Source of the DNA: Magallana gigas
Lineage: Eukaryota
Assembly: GCF_963853765.1 (NCBI RefSeq)
Contig: NC_088859.1
Coordinates: 38,254,001 to 38,318,000, forward strand
Reading direction: 5' to 3'
DNA: 64,000 nt
Positions 40,801 to 53,250 of the stretch are shown piece after piece. The stretch's first letter is position 1. Every line of letters starts with the position of its first letter. The notes under the pieces were generated by a model. It searched no databases and had not been told where the DNA came from. It saw only the letters and a list, made by a program, of their open reading frames with translations. Made by a program: the position numbers and the translations under genes.

Positions 40801-42326
40801 TATATAATGATAATCTGGTTTGGAGACACAGCATAAGTTTATTACCCAGAGTGAGGAAGTAAGATATATATTACAAGTAAGTAGGATCTTCTAAATAACA
40901 CGAGCAACACTTGTATGTATTTATTCTGAGCCTCTTCCCCATTAGTTCCATATATACATATGTATCTCTAAAAAGTTGTTTGTAAAAGTCAGAGGACTCT
41001 GTCTCCAATTAGAGTCTATATAAGACAATGCTCTCTAAGAAGATACCATCATTTCTTGTTCTTTAACCATGCTGATTCAATCTTAATGCATTTTGCATAA
41101 ATCTCAATAATGTTATTTAATCAAAACTCATTAATGTTATCTAATCATATAAACGTTTACTCAAACAATCTTTTAAACATCATTTCCTACCTGGACTTCT
41201 ATTAGACTGCACTTTTCAGTTAAAAGTTAGTTTCAGTTTCTATTCTTGATCCAAGTCATATCTCAGGGTTTTCCAACGTGCTTACAGGTAGTTCTCCAAT
41301 TACAAGAAAATTTTAAAAACAATGTAAAATTTGTTTCACAGTTTGTCAAGTTAGCATATATTCAGAATGCCAATATGTACATGTATATAAATGTACATCA
41401 AAAATATAATGTTCATATACTGGTATTTATTTCTCATACAAGTTCTGACTCAAGAATAAGATCTGTGCATTGCTGAGTTTATCAAGGTAATTCCAGCCCA
41501 TAGTCTTTTGTTGTTTAAGAATGAAGAATGAATGGAACATATTTATCACTGTTGATGACATGTTTCTTTAAAAATAAAAAATGAGATCTCTTGTTTTATA
41601 TTTTATAGCAACCAAATATTGTTTTACATGGATAATGTCAATTTCAGATGAACAGATGAAGTGAATCTGAGTTTATACTAGTACATATGTATTACATGTA
41701 TTATGTTCATTTTGATAATGTTGATTGTTTCATCTATGAATATTGAATACTAATACGTAATATAAAGGAAAAAAATGTTATTTTCATTCAGATCGATTCT
41801 AATCATATCATACAAAGAATTGGTTATGGCAGTTTGTACCTTCTTACTAAATTTTATGAACAAATCAATGCATAAGGATTTAATAGACAGATCTTTACTT
41901 TATTTGATAGCCTATACCAAAAGAAAACAATAGGTATAAGTATTAATGTAATAAACTGATTATTTATAATCGATTAAAAAAATCTCAAATTGATAATCAT
42001 AAATCGACCATCTTTCCCACTATTCATCGATTAAAATTTGATCACCAGGACAACACTATAAATGACATTGTTTGGGGTTTTAAATAACCCCCCCCCCCCC
42101 CAAATTCATTCTGGGTAGAAAAAATGACAAGAGTTATACCCCTTTTCTGTGGAAACTGACAGAAATGTTCTATGCACCAAAATGCATATGATACTTTCTT
42201 CTCTTCTATATTCATTGACTTCTTACTTCACACATTACAGAAAAGTATTTCTCTTGCAATTAGTTTTACATTATTTCAGTAAACAATAAAATGATTAGAC
42301 TAATTTTTCTTAAATTGCCCTTTAAG

Positions 42327-42328
<2 letters not shown>

Positions 42329-42372
<44 letters not shown>
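42329..42372. repeat. (CT)n microsatellite
   Basis: About 22 perfect dinucleotide repeats. Confidence 0.97.
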
Positions 42373-42376
<4 letters not shown>

Positions 42377-43888
42377 ATAGACTAGACAGTATTGAGTAGT
42401 CAATGACTATTGCTTCTAACTGTTGTTGTTGAACTTGATAAATACTGTACAATACCTCGACTTACCAGTAATCAATTTTCAGCACTTAATGATGAGAAAA
42501 TACATGTACGACTTGATTGACTCATGTTTTAGCAAATTCTTGCATTTCGCCAAGAAGAATAAATGCTTGAACATAAAAATCAATCTTCTGAGAACTGTAT
42601 AACAATCAAAGTTTGTTTCATAAACTAAAATATCTGGCTAGGTCCATTTGCAAAAAGTTCAACATGTTGTGAATAACCATCTTGCAACCACTCTGTCAGA
42701 AAACACCCTAACATTACTTCTGATTCATCTCTTGCAAATTCAACTTTGCAAAGTAGCCATTGCACTAACACAACTTTGCACAACATGCTACTGCATTAAG
42801 CAAATTTGCACAACTCACCATGACACAAACACAACTTTGCAAAACCATAGCCATCACGCTATACTCTGTCCCAAGATATTCTGGATTCACATTTGGCTTA
42901 ATTGCTTGATATTTATAAATACCTCAGGGTTCAAACGATGTTCACTCAAAAGTATGAAAAATTTCCAAGATTTCTCAGTCGAAACCACAAGTTGTTTGAT
43001 GGAACTCATTTTGAACATACTATTGGCTTTTGAAATGGCCCTATCTGGACCCCATAATAAACAAATATTTTTTGGTAAGTTTTGCATACTAAAAAAAAAC
43101 TCTAAATCACATTTGTTTGACTTGAATATTCCATAGCTATTATTTAATGTATGCACGTACAACCGAATTAGCTTGATGGTGCAGGGACTTATGTTATTAT
43201 ACTATAACTTTAAAAGTATATACGTCCCTGGGTTGACAATCTTTGCACTCCTTTCCTATACTATAATAGCGGAACGAAGACCCCTTGGCAAGGGAAGATG
43301 TGGGTTGACATACGATTCTAAAAAAATATTTTCACTTTCGTTTGTTTCTGGGGAATATGTCACTGTTAAGTATTTAGCGCAATTTCTCAATTTGGTTTCC
43401 TGTTCTCATAATACATTAGGCCTACATACAATAAATTTACAAAATGCACGCAAAATTAAAAAGGCGTTAGCTAACTTACCACTGATAATATGACTGCTTT
43501 CGCTGTTTTCGTTCTTTTAAATAGTTTACCGTTGTCGTAAAAATCATAAATTATTAGTTTAAATCTATGCTTTAATAAAAGTCATCTAATAAAATAAATG
43601 CACTGATATGAACAATAACATGTAGATATTATGAAACTGACATAATCGCGATGCGTCTCAACGTTACACTTTACGACATTAACTTCAAATACGGAGTTGG
43701 CCAAAAGTCAAACCCAATGTCGATCAAATAGAGTGAACTGACAAATATAGAAAAAGCGGCTTATTTTTCGAGTTTAATGGACCAGTTTACCACAGGAATA
43801 GTTTTTTTGTTCATATAAAATATATCACTCTCTTCAAACAAGTTTATCCGGTCGTTGAGTTTTCTCAAGTCAAATAAGGTTTTATTGG

Positions 43889-44630
43889 TTTTTAGCTCAC
43901 CTGAGGTATTCATAAATATCAAGCAATTAAGCAAAATGTGAATCCAAGATATCTTGGGACAGACTATAGGTGAGCTATTCTAATCACTTTTTGTCTGGCG
44001 TACGTCTGTCTGGTTGTCCGTCCGTCTGTAAACTTTTTACACTTTCGACTTCCACTGGACTGGCCACTTCAACCACACTTGGCACAAAACATTCTTAGAT
44101 GAAGCTAGGGGATTCTAGTTTATCAAAACGATGGGCCACGCCGTCTTTCAAAGGAAAATAATTACGAATTGAAAATTTGTTGGTATTTTTCAAAAATCTT
44201 TTCAAAGGCAGATCGGCTAAAAAAGCCGAAATTTGTGTGAAAGCATCCCCAGGTAGTGTGCCGGATTGAAATTTGTTTAATTCATGATCCCCTGGGGTAG
44301 GGTTGGCCACAATGGGGGATATAAATTTTTACATGGGAATATATCATGTATATAGAGAAAAATCTTTTTAAAAACTTCTTTTCAAATAGGCCAAAAAAAG
44401 CTGAAACCTGTGTGGAAACATCCTCAGGTAGTGTAGATTGAAGTTTGTTCAAATAATGATCCCCGGTTGTATGATGGGGCTGCATGGGGGTGGGGATAGT
44501 ATTTTTACACAAGAATATAAAGAGAAAAACCTTTAACAATTTTATCAAAATCCAATTGGTCAGAGAAGCTGTAACTTTAGTGAAAGCAACATTAATAGAT
44601 AATGTAAATTCAAGTATGTTCAAAACATGT
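43889..44630 (+). mobile_element. 3'-truncated HINE/Helitron-type non-autonomous element with degenerate satellite-like units
   Basis: 5' ttttagctcacctgag...aggtgagct inverted motif; (GTCY)n microsatellite at ~44005-44030; related blocks repeat (aaagcatccccaggtagtg / aaacatcctcaggtagtg, gaagtttgttcaaataatgatcccc). Resembles the oyster Cg170-type satellite from memory, not verified. Confidence 0.7.
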
Positions 44631-46599
44631 CTGCACTTAACGCCGCTTTTTGGGTCCTTTTACGATCACTATTATTACGTTTATTCCTCGCTCAGTTATA
44701 CTTCAAGCCATTTGTAATATAGTTGGTCAATTTCCAATAATAAAAAATATTGTCGTAATGGTTTCAAACTGCGATGCAATAAAATAAAATCTCTTAATAA
44801 TGAGATCTTTTCTTGTAATTACGAGATAAAAATATTTTTGTGTGTTCTTATTCGTCTTTCGTAACAATTTAATAAATGTAATAATTCCTGGAATTGGTGT
44901 TTGATATTTCTTATCCCATACGAAGAAGAAAAGCAAACAATTCCGTACTATTGGTTCGCTGGCTACGATTTATAAAAAAAATGATAAAACTATAATCAGT
45001 TTGATACATTGGTTCTGATTTGTTACGTTATTAAAGAGTTCTTAAACAATCAGAATATATTTGAATCTCTGCTAATTATGATCTGTTGTTATGGATACTG
45101 CACTAAGCTAAATGTAATGAAGTATAATCAACAAATACCGGTATGAGGAAGGAAATATCAGTTTCACAAGTTTTTCTTCATAAATCATGATTGATCTAGT
45201 GGGGAAAGCTTTGTTTTTGTTAGAATCAATCTCTGTGTGTGTAACAGACGTGCGAATAAAGTACAGTATGAGGCCCATTGCATATGACAATATGTCAATA
45301 AGATAGTTTTTTTTTAAATGGCATACTTAATTGAAAATTTTAATTTTACTTATGACTATATATTTTTACAGATTAACATTTGCATATATACAAGTGTCAT
45401 TCGTGATTTTCAGTTTGATAATAATGACAAAATGCATCCTATAAACACCTTTAATTTAGCTTTTACATTGCAGTGTTGCAAAAAATCATTAATTTTCTAG
45501 CATATTTCACTGATTGCAGACTCTAAGTAATACATTACATATCAACATTTTACACATTCATTACTCATTATTGCATGAAATATCATTCTTGTTCAAAGTT
45601 TGCTCTGTGACCAGTACGGTTAAACGTCAAGAAAACGTATTATTCTATTGACATTTGAAGTTAAAAACGAAATATGCAGTACCATTGTCATACACATCAC
45701 ACTTTGGAAAGCTTCGCCACAAACGTTTGATAATGCAAATATAGTCCAGGCTTTTTTTCAGCAGCATGTGACCAGTGTCCATATTTGACATGAAAATGAT
45801 AAAAAAATCCTGGACATAGCTTATTTATTTATAAGTCAAACTTTAATTAGGGCTGTTCCTGACTGTCTATGGAACAATTTCAGTTCGTTAAAGTATATAG
45901 AAGGCAGTGTAGAGATGAACTTTAACAAAAATCTCAACACTGTAAGTTATTCAGAATCACAGGGGCTCATACAGGCATGATTTTATATTTATAAACAAAT
46001 ATTAAAACACTTCAAAGGAAGTAGTATGTTGTTGCAAAATATTGAACGTTTATGATTCACAGAATCTGTTCCCATCGTGTACGTAGGAAATACTTAGACA
46101 AAAGTTTTAATAATAATATCCTCTTTTATGCATCTATTTGTGGCTGTAAAAATCTCCTGAGTGTACGTAGCATCAAGGGCTTTTATACACTTTATATTGA
46201 AAATTGAAATTGAAAGTTACTCTGTCATATATAAACTATAGATTATAATTATAATCTTTTTATTAATTATCGTAATGGGATTTTGATTTAATTATAATCG
46301 CCCGCTCCCCGAGTTACGGGCGACACAATATTCGAAAGAACTTTGCCCGGTGGGCGTTTATTATTTCTACATTTTTAAAACATACTTTTTGATTAATGAT
46401 GGTGAACCATAGTTTTTGTGTTTTATCCATTACTTTAAAAATGACATGAACAAAAAATATATATCATAAAGCTGTATAAGTTAAAATTTAAATAAAACAG
46501 GTGTAATTGTATTGTTTTAACCTAGGTGACTTATTTATTGGTGTCTATACTTGTAATGAGTAAATTGTTTCTGTGATGGTTCAATTTGCATATTTCAAC

Positions 46600-47297
46600 C
46601 CCACCCTCAAACTTGATCAAAGCACGTACGGTTCCAACTCGATTTTTGGGAGTTGATTTTAATCAACTCTCCTATGCAATCACGCAGACAAACCGAAAGT
46701 GAAACAGTGTTTGGACCTCAGCACAAATCATTGCTGCTGACAAGACTTAGTTCTTGAAAATAATTGATGAATTTGATGTAATGTGTGCTAAAGCATTGTT
46801 TTTCAAGGAAACTTATGTATAAATACCTTCAAAATAGTCAGATTTTAAATGGTACGAACAATTTAAATATTTTTTGTAGTCGTATGTATTCCTACGTCAG
46901 AGTCCAACTCGACGCTCGGCTGTCTCCGTAAATTCTTGTCGGAGATTTACGGTGTCAGCCAAGCGTTTGGTTGAACGAGACTAGAGTTCAATATTGCTTG
47001 GATCCATACAATTTTCAAGAAATATTTCTATCACTGATATACATAGTTTGATTGAATTAATTTTATCTTTAAATATTATTTAACATGATTCATATGGGGG
47101 GTTCTCGACATTCTTGTCGAAAAAGTCCAAAACTCCATATAATAAAAATGTGCGTAATTCAAATTAGAAACAACTATAGAAATTGTATATGTACTTGTCA
47201 TGCAAAATAACATATCATTGATTTTAAAATAAATAAACATCGACAAAATCAACTCCCGTCAGTTCTTCAGTACTTTGATTAATTCAGGGTTTTAAGC
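46600..47297. mobile_element. Degenerate TIR element (~700 bp) containing an internal hairpin
   Basis: Left gatcaaagcac...gggagttgatttt vs right aaaatcaactcccgtcagttcttcagtactttgattaattc. Boundaries approximate. Confidence 0.45.
46896..46983. repeat. ~90-bp imperfect palindrome
   Basis: caactcgacgctcggctgtctccgtaaat pairs with atttacggtgtcagccaagcgtttggttg. Confidence 0.8.
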
Positions 47298-47500
47298 TTA
47301 GTAAAAGTATAAGTGCCTATATATAGATTTACATCTTCCTTGTGATAGATCTAAGTGGGTTTGTCCTGTAACAATTCTGTAGTTAGAGAGAGAATATGTT
47401 GGGGAACAAAAAAAATTAACTATATTGTTGGGGTAAAAAAAAAGTTTTTTTCATTCGAAGTAGTAGGGAAAAGTCTTTTCCGAAGCACTCATTCACTTAA

Positions 47501-47948
47501 GGTCAGACGACACGTTCCTCGAGAATCTTTTTTGTATCTCCTCGTAATAAAGAGTTCCAACAAAAAATTTTAATTTTATAATTACTTTTAAAATGATCAA
47601 AATTTACTTGCATTTGGTTATATGCCTAGATGGTCGAGTGGTTAGAACCGTGGCCGCTCACTGCCAGTTGCGTATAGGTTCTAGAGGTCGTGAGTTCAAA
47701 GCCCGCCCCGGCGGAAATATAGGTCTATTTTAGAGAATTTAGCTTTGCTGTAGATGTATTTATTTTCATATCAGCAATTCAAGTGTATCTTCAAGAAGAT
47801 TATATAGGAAATTGCATATTCTAGTATTTTGCAGAAATGCCTGGTAAGGTACCCTAATTTTTTGCAAGAAAGCTTGTCAAAGTAGTTGTAAACCAGTAAC
47901 AAATTCCCGGAAAAAGTTATCTAAAATTGAGGAACGTGTCGTCTGAAC
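47501..47948. mobile_element. 448-bp non-autonomous DNA transposon with TTAA TSD (Kolobok-like termini)
   Basis: TTAA|ggtcagacgacacgttcctc ... gaggaacgtgtcgtctgaac|TTAA; 20-bp TIR with 1 mismatch. Confidence 0.8.
47624..47714 (+). other. tRNA-derived (SINE-head-like) Pol III promoter segment inside the TTAA element
   Basis: A-box-like tggtcgagtgg (47631) and B-box-like gagttcaaagcc (47692); no clean cloverleaf or anticodon arm. Confidence 0.55.
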
Positions 47949-49230
47949 TTAACATGCACCCATCCGGAATATTTTTTCCAGAAGGGTCCGAGGGATCGAT
48001 CATTTTATTCAAAGGAGAATAGAGTGATTTAAGGTCTAATTTTGATTCCCTCCCCAGTCCTGTTTATCAGAATTTCGGAGCGTAAAAAAATCTTATTTAT
48101 CAGATTTTATTGTGTCGTTTTTATTTTTTATATGTAGTATATAATGTGTAACGTTTACAAATGAATACATATATATTTTCATTGTGATACATGTACTTAC
48201 ATATGATACTGGGCATGCATAATATATACAGCTCTCAAAACTTTTCTTTATCAATTATGTATTATAAAAACACGTAACCGGCAAAAATACAATTGAATAC
48301 GACACGGTGTTTTCTTGAGCTAGGAATTCTTAAAGACTTTTTATCGCTCTTCCTCAAACATGTTTGTTGGTCATTCTACAAAACGCTATGAATTTATATC
48401 CAAGTTGCATCCAAGAGATTTCTTGTAAGTCATACCATAGTGAATAACAGTTTCGGCAACAGTGATTTTGAGATTAAATCCATGTTTAGCCAAAATCGGC
48501 CTAACGTCAAAAGCAATTAATATTGTATTAGAAATATTCTAAAACATTTTTTCATTCGTTATGTAACTTTTTTTCATGTTTAAGGATTCAGAAATTATAT
48601 TTCTGATGTTTATCTAAGACGCTATAATAGCGAAAAACGGGTGCTTTTTATAGCGTCAAGCATGGTCATTTAAGGAAGAACGTTTCATTTAATCTTACAA
48701 AAATATATATAAACTCAAAACACGTGGTGACGTTTATATTTGTGCTCAAGGCGCATGCATTAGCAAGGTGTATTCATAGAAAATTGAACGCCGTAGATTT
48801 CCAATGCAAACATAAGGGGAAATGTACACTGAATGTAAATATCAAACAATATGCAACTTTAAACATGAGTATCTCCATTTTCAACTGTCTTTGTCTGTGA
48901 TAACATTACGAATTAAATTTGAAGCCTATAGCCCAATAGTTTCATATTAAAAGATGAAATTGGCGTGTCTTATAGCATAACCGAAAAACGGTATTGGCCG
49001 CGCCTAATACATACGTCTAGCATGTGCTACATGAAAAAAAAATAAGGCTTCATTGGATTTGACCACGGCCCGATCAAAATTATCACCTCATAGGCCTAAT
49101 GCTCAAAGAATGATTCCTTATAAGTGATTCCTTAACTTTGCTTGACCTTGACCTTTCCGGAGACATCTTTTTTCACTCAACATTTACAAGTAGCTCCGTT
49201 TCAATGACATATTTTTTAAACGGGATGCTT

Positions 49231-49414
49231 ACACTATATAAATAGTGCCTGTTTGGGAGGGTAACAGTTGAAATTGACACCCTAAGAAAACCATTGTCAA
49301 TTGACACCCTAAGAAAACCATTGTCAACCGACGCTTCGCGTCGGTTGACAATGGTTTTCTCGGGGTGTCAATTTCAACTGTTACCCTCCCAAACAGGCAC
49401 TATTTATATAGTGT
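49231..49414. repeat. Near-perfect ~180-bp palindrome with a 27-bp duplication in the left arm
   Basis: acactatataaatagtgcctgtttgggagggtaacagttgaaattgacacc ... ccgacgc-ttc-gcgtcgg ... mirror image. ttgacaccctaagaaaaccattgtcaa occurs at 49274-49300 and 49301-49327. Confidence 0.92.
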
Positions 49415-49527
49415 TACCCGTTGCTAAGTGTGTTGCTAACGCTGATGGTAATAGAACGGATTATTAACTGCGTCTAAACCAATCAGATTTCAGCATTTAA
49501 CATGAAAGTATATCAAAATAAAATGCT

Positions 49528-49658
49528 TTCTTTGGTTATTCACGCGGGATATGAAGGTAGCGGTATTGCAGAAAAAATACAAAACCATCGTTAGCGGTTT
49601 ATGTAAAAAAAAAATCCGCAATGATCACTACCTTCATAGTCCGAAAAAATCATCAAAG
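49528..49658. repeat. Second, more degenerate palindrome next to the first
   Basis: tctttggttattcacgcgggatatgaaggtagcggtattgc pairs with gcaatgatcactaccttcatagtccgaaaaaatcatcaaaga; centre cgttagcg. Confidence 0.7.
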
Positions 49659-50588
49659 ATATAATTCTGTTGTTTATATTTACATTCTTCTTTTGACAAA
49701 TTAATGACTTGATCGTAAAAAGTAAGTAAAAATAACATAATTATTTTAATGTACAGCAGTAAGGTAGGTAAAAGAAATAGTCAATATATATATTCCGAAT
49801 CTGACATCATCATGATTATTTCGTGCAGTCCGTGATTTTCTTGGGCTGCTGTATGTTTCGACTCATCGATTATTTCGTTAGATCTCAACCGTGTAGATTT
49901 CGGTCCTGTCAGTTTCTATAGAGCCGTGAATTACAATCATTTTACATAAGAAATGGAGGGAATAATATTAAGTGGATGTAAATATTCTATCATGATTTTT
50001 GCCATGTTCATCAAAATGATGGTTGAGATTATTTGTCTTTCAATACATCGTGAATCAGTTTTGTATACGATTTGCTTTTCAGCAATTTATTAACCAACAG
50101 AGATGAATACATGTATGCCAATCATTTAAGTCCAACAATTTATGTCAGTATACAACGATTCAGTAGAAATTTAAAGGATTTGAATAAATAAATGTTATAC
50201 AAACTGTAACGTTAGGTGTATAAACCATAATGCTATCAACTTTTAAAATGCATCAAACTATACATGTGTATCTGTGGGGGGTTTTCCACTCGTCACAGCA
50301 CACATTATATGCTGAACTTATAATTCAACACATATAATATACTGTATACATAAATACTGAGAATAGATGTCCATGTAACTTAGTTATATACATGTAAATT
50401 TAAGTACACAGTACTTTATAGTAAAGTGTAATTAGTTACATTTATTTTGTACATGCATACGACGTATGTGGTTTCAAAAAATAGATGATTATTAATTTAC
50501 ATTATTGCACGATATATATACCAGTAGTAGCATCAAAAGAAATACTAGGTTGATTTTTGAGAATGATAACAGTCTACAAGAACAATGT

Positions 50589-53250
50589 CTACAGGTAGAT
50601 GTAGGTGGTGGTCACTCCAAATTTTGCGGAGTTTGCAGCACTTGGTGGATCCCCGGGATCGTTCTCATCTTCCGGTTCAATTCTCCTACCACTGATCTGA
50701 AGAATTCGTTGAGCAAATTTAAACTTATACTTTAGTTCTCTGAAATACGCATGTCCTTTGGCGTCACACAAACGCAAAGCTTTCTTCACAACAGGATGTG
50801 AATATAGATCATGCGTATTGAGGGCTAGTTGGAAGGTCAGAGGTGAAGAAACCGGAAGTTCCAGCATCGTGAATCCGTGTGGGTCAAGAATGCAGCCAAA
50901 GAGGGTAGTTTCTTCAAACGAGTCCAATAGCGTGAAAAGCCCAGAAAATGACGTCAATCGCGGTCGGTTTCTGCCGCTTATGAACCTGACAACGATAGGG
51001 AATTTTTGCGAAGCAATTAAACTGTCAGCGTTGACAGACATTCGCCCGTTACCCACAGGACTGGGAAGAGCCTCAATGAACTCCCCTGGTTGGGACATGG
51101 GGATAAGGACTTCCACGTCTTTCTCGTCTCTGCATTTCAAGTACTTAATTTGTTGAATCTGTGTTGATTTGCGTGAGAGAATGGATTCCGATTTGACCCG
51201 AGCCGTTCCCATGAACACCTTATCCACCAGAAAAACGTTCCCCGATGTGTATGTAATTTGTTGATAGTCATTGGACTGGGGATTTTTGGAGATTTGAAAA
51301 GCTGCCATTTTGCTGAGATTCAGAAAAGCCCTGGCCTTGTACTTTGCAAGTGACTCGATGCTTCTGTGACAGGTGTGGTCCTTTGCAGTTCTTGATTGCA
51401 AGCGGAGGAAAAGGCCTGTTGGAAAGACAATGAATAGAGAAATCAGGATAGTTCAAGTCTGGTTATGATGTTTTGCATAAAACTGGCTTCATAGGAATCA
51501 AATTCGTTGATAATTGTTAGTTAAACGAGTAGCACTATAAGCGACACCCTCACTGGAACAACCCACACCTCTCGTTCTCTTTATCACGCAAGGCGAATCG
51601 ACTGACTTTTGATTTATGGAAAATGGTCACTTTTGTCATTGGTACATAGGGGTATGACTGTTAACGAATCTCTTTACCTTTAATGTTGATCTACGGGGAG
51701 GACATTATTGAAAATCAAATAAGTAAATTATGGTGGGGGGGGGGGGGTAGAAATAATGTAATTCTAGTTAGTGGAGCGTGATCTTTAATTATGTGTATAT
51801 TCATGTTAAGACTGTAGTATATAACGCCTACACATCAAATCAGAGAGAAAACCCAATGGCGCAAAGTTTGTAAAGCGATTAAGTGGTCGTGAAAGTTAAA
51901 AGTATGTGGTTATATTTTAAACATTACAAATATGCATTTGCCTTAAGGTGCATTCTAATGGGGGATTTGTAAATTCTTTCAAGGGTATTTCAGTTAATAC
52001 GGTGAGGATATTGGCAGTTTAGTACTTCGAAGAGGACCTTTTTCTCGCACAAATAAGCATAAATACAAATAAGCATAAATACAAATAAATAGACAAAATC
52101 AAAATTATCTTACATGAACATTTTGAAGTTTGAAATGTGAAAAGTTGTTTTGTTATACAAGTATTCAAACTGCAAAATGACCTATTTTATAAAAATTGAC
52201 AAAATACAGGAAGATGATAACAAACGGGTTGAATTCCGCTTGAATCGCATTAATTCCTAATTGTTTAATGTCGTTTAACCAGAAGCTTGATAATGATAGA
52301 GATAGTTTAAAAAGAATTCAAGCTAAACAATCCTACTTGCACAATTTCCAGGAATTTAATTGAAACCCGAAACTCATGTCGTTCGTAAACTTAGTAATTC
52401 TATATTTTCCCCGTACTGAAAAAAAAATACCCGATTTTCATTGAAACTGTCTGGCTTGAACAATGTTGTCTAACTGGTTTTGGCGATCAAAAATATACTG
52501 CAGGAACAATGGCCCGTCTCCCTACACTGGGGAGCAGGCTGTTGTTGACATGGATGAAAGCATTGAATTGGTTTAAATAAATATCTACATTACTTATAAG
52601 TTGCTTTGAAAAGAACCAGGACCGGTCTGGTTTAGGTCACAAGAGATTGTAGAGCAGCTGCCCTACTTTGATGCATTAATTGAGATGCACCAAAAAGAAC
52701 AAAAGAACATTACACAATATTTTGGTTTATTGTCAAACTGAGATAATAATAAACATTGTTTAAAACAATGCAGATCCGTTTTCTTTGTATTTAGCATATG
52801 ATTGTACGAAATACATGCAATTTATTTTGAGTAGACTTCATACGATTTTCTACCTTAAAACCAAATATTATTGCTATGCTTGACTATTGCAGCGTTCCTA
52901 AAGACTGACTTACCGTCATAATCTGCCGGAATAACGACGGTTTCGTCATTTTCGCTGTAACGATGTGTTGTAGGGTCCAAAACAACGTTCCTGGCCAGGA
53001 GTTTCCGGATTGTGCGTTTGTCGTGAAGCAGGATCGGTTGCGCCAGGTTAATTGGTAGAGGGACCTCCCGTTTCACCAAAATGGCTTGCTGGTTACATTT
53101 GACAATTTGCGGCAAGGCGAACTGTTGTACGATGTCCTCCGCGGTAAATGACTGTGTACTCCATTGCGCCCTGGACTGCTCGGCCCCCGATTCACTCCCG
53201 TTCTTCTCCCGCCAGGAATTGGTCCGGCTGTGTGTGGATCCGTTCATCAT
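50589..53250 (-). CDS. CABIT-domain protein A (Themis/GAREM-related domain family), 387 aa, 2 coding exons
   Basis: Exons 52914-53250 and 50589-51415 (phase 1), 1164 nt. Motifs SFTAEDIVQQFALPQIVK, VVIPADYDG|LF and YLKCRDEKDVEVLIPMSQPGEF fit the CABIT signature hxC-x(n)-hxLPh-x3-GxF; FPIVVRF marks the second subdomain. Confidence 0.85.

Noticed and set aside
42648-43136. 162-aa plus-strand ORF
   Set aside because: Low-complexity region with repeated caactttgca; no domain and no splice context.
44095-44623. ORFs in the HINE-like repeat
   Set aside because: Translations of degenerate satellite units.
47624-47714. Genuine tRNA gene
   Set aside because: A and B boxes are present, but I could not fold a canonical cloverleaf or assign an anticodon.
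50758-51156. 132-aa ORF antisense to CABIT A (likewise 57613-58107 antisense to CABIT B)
   Set aside because: Antisense shadows of well-supported coding exons.
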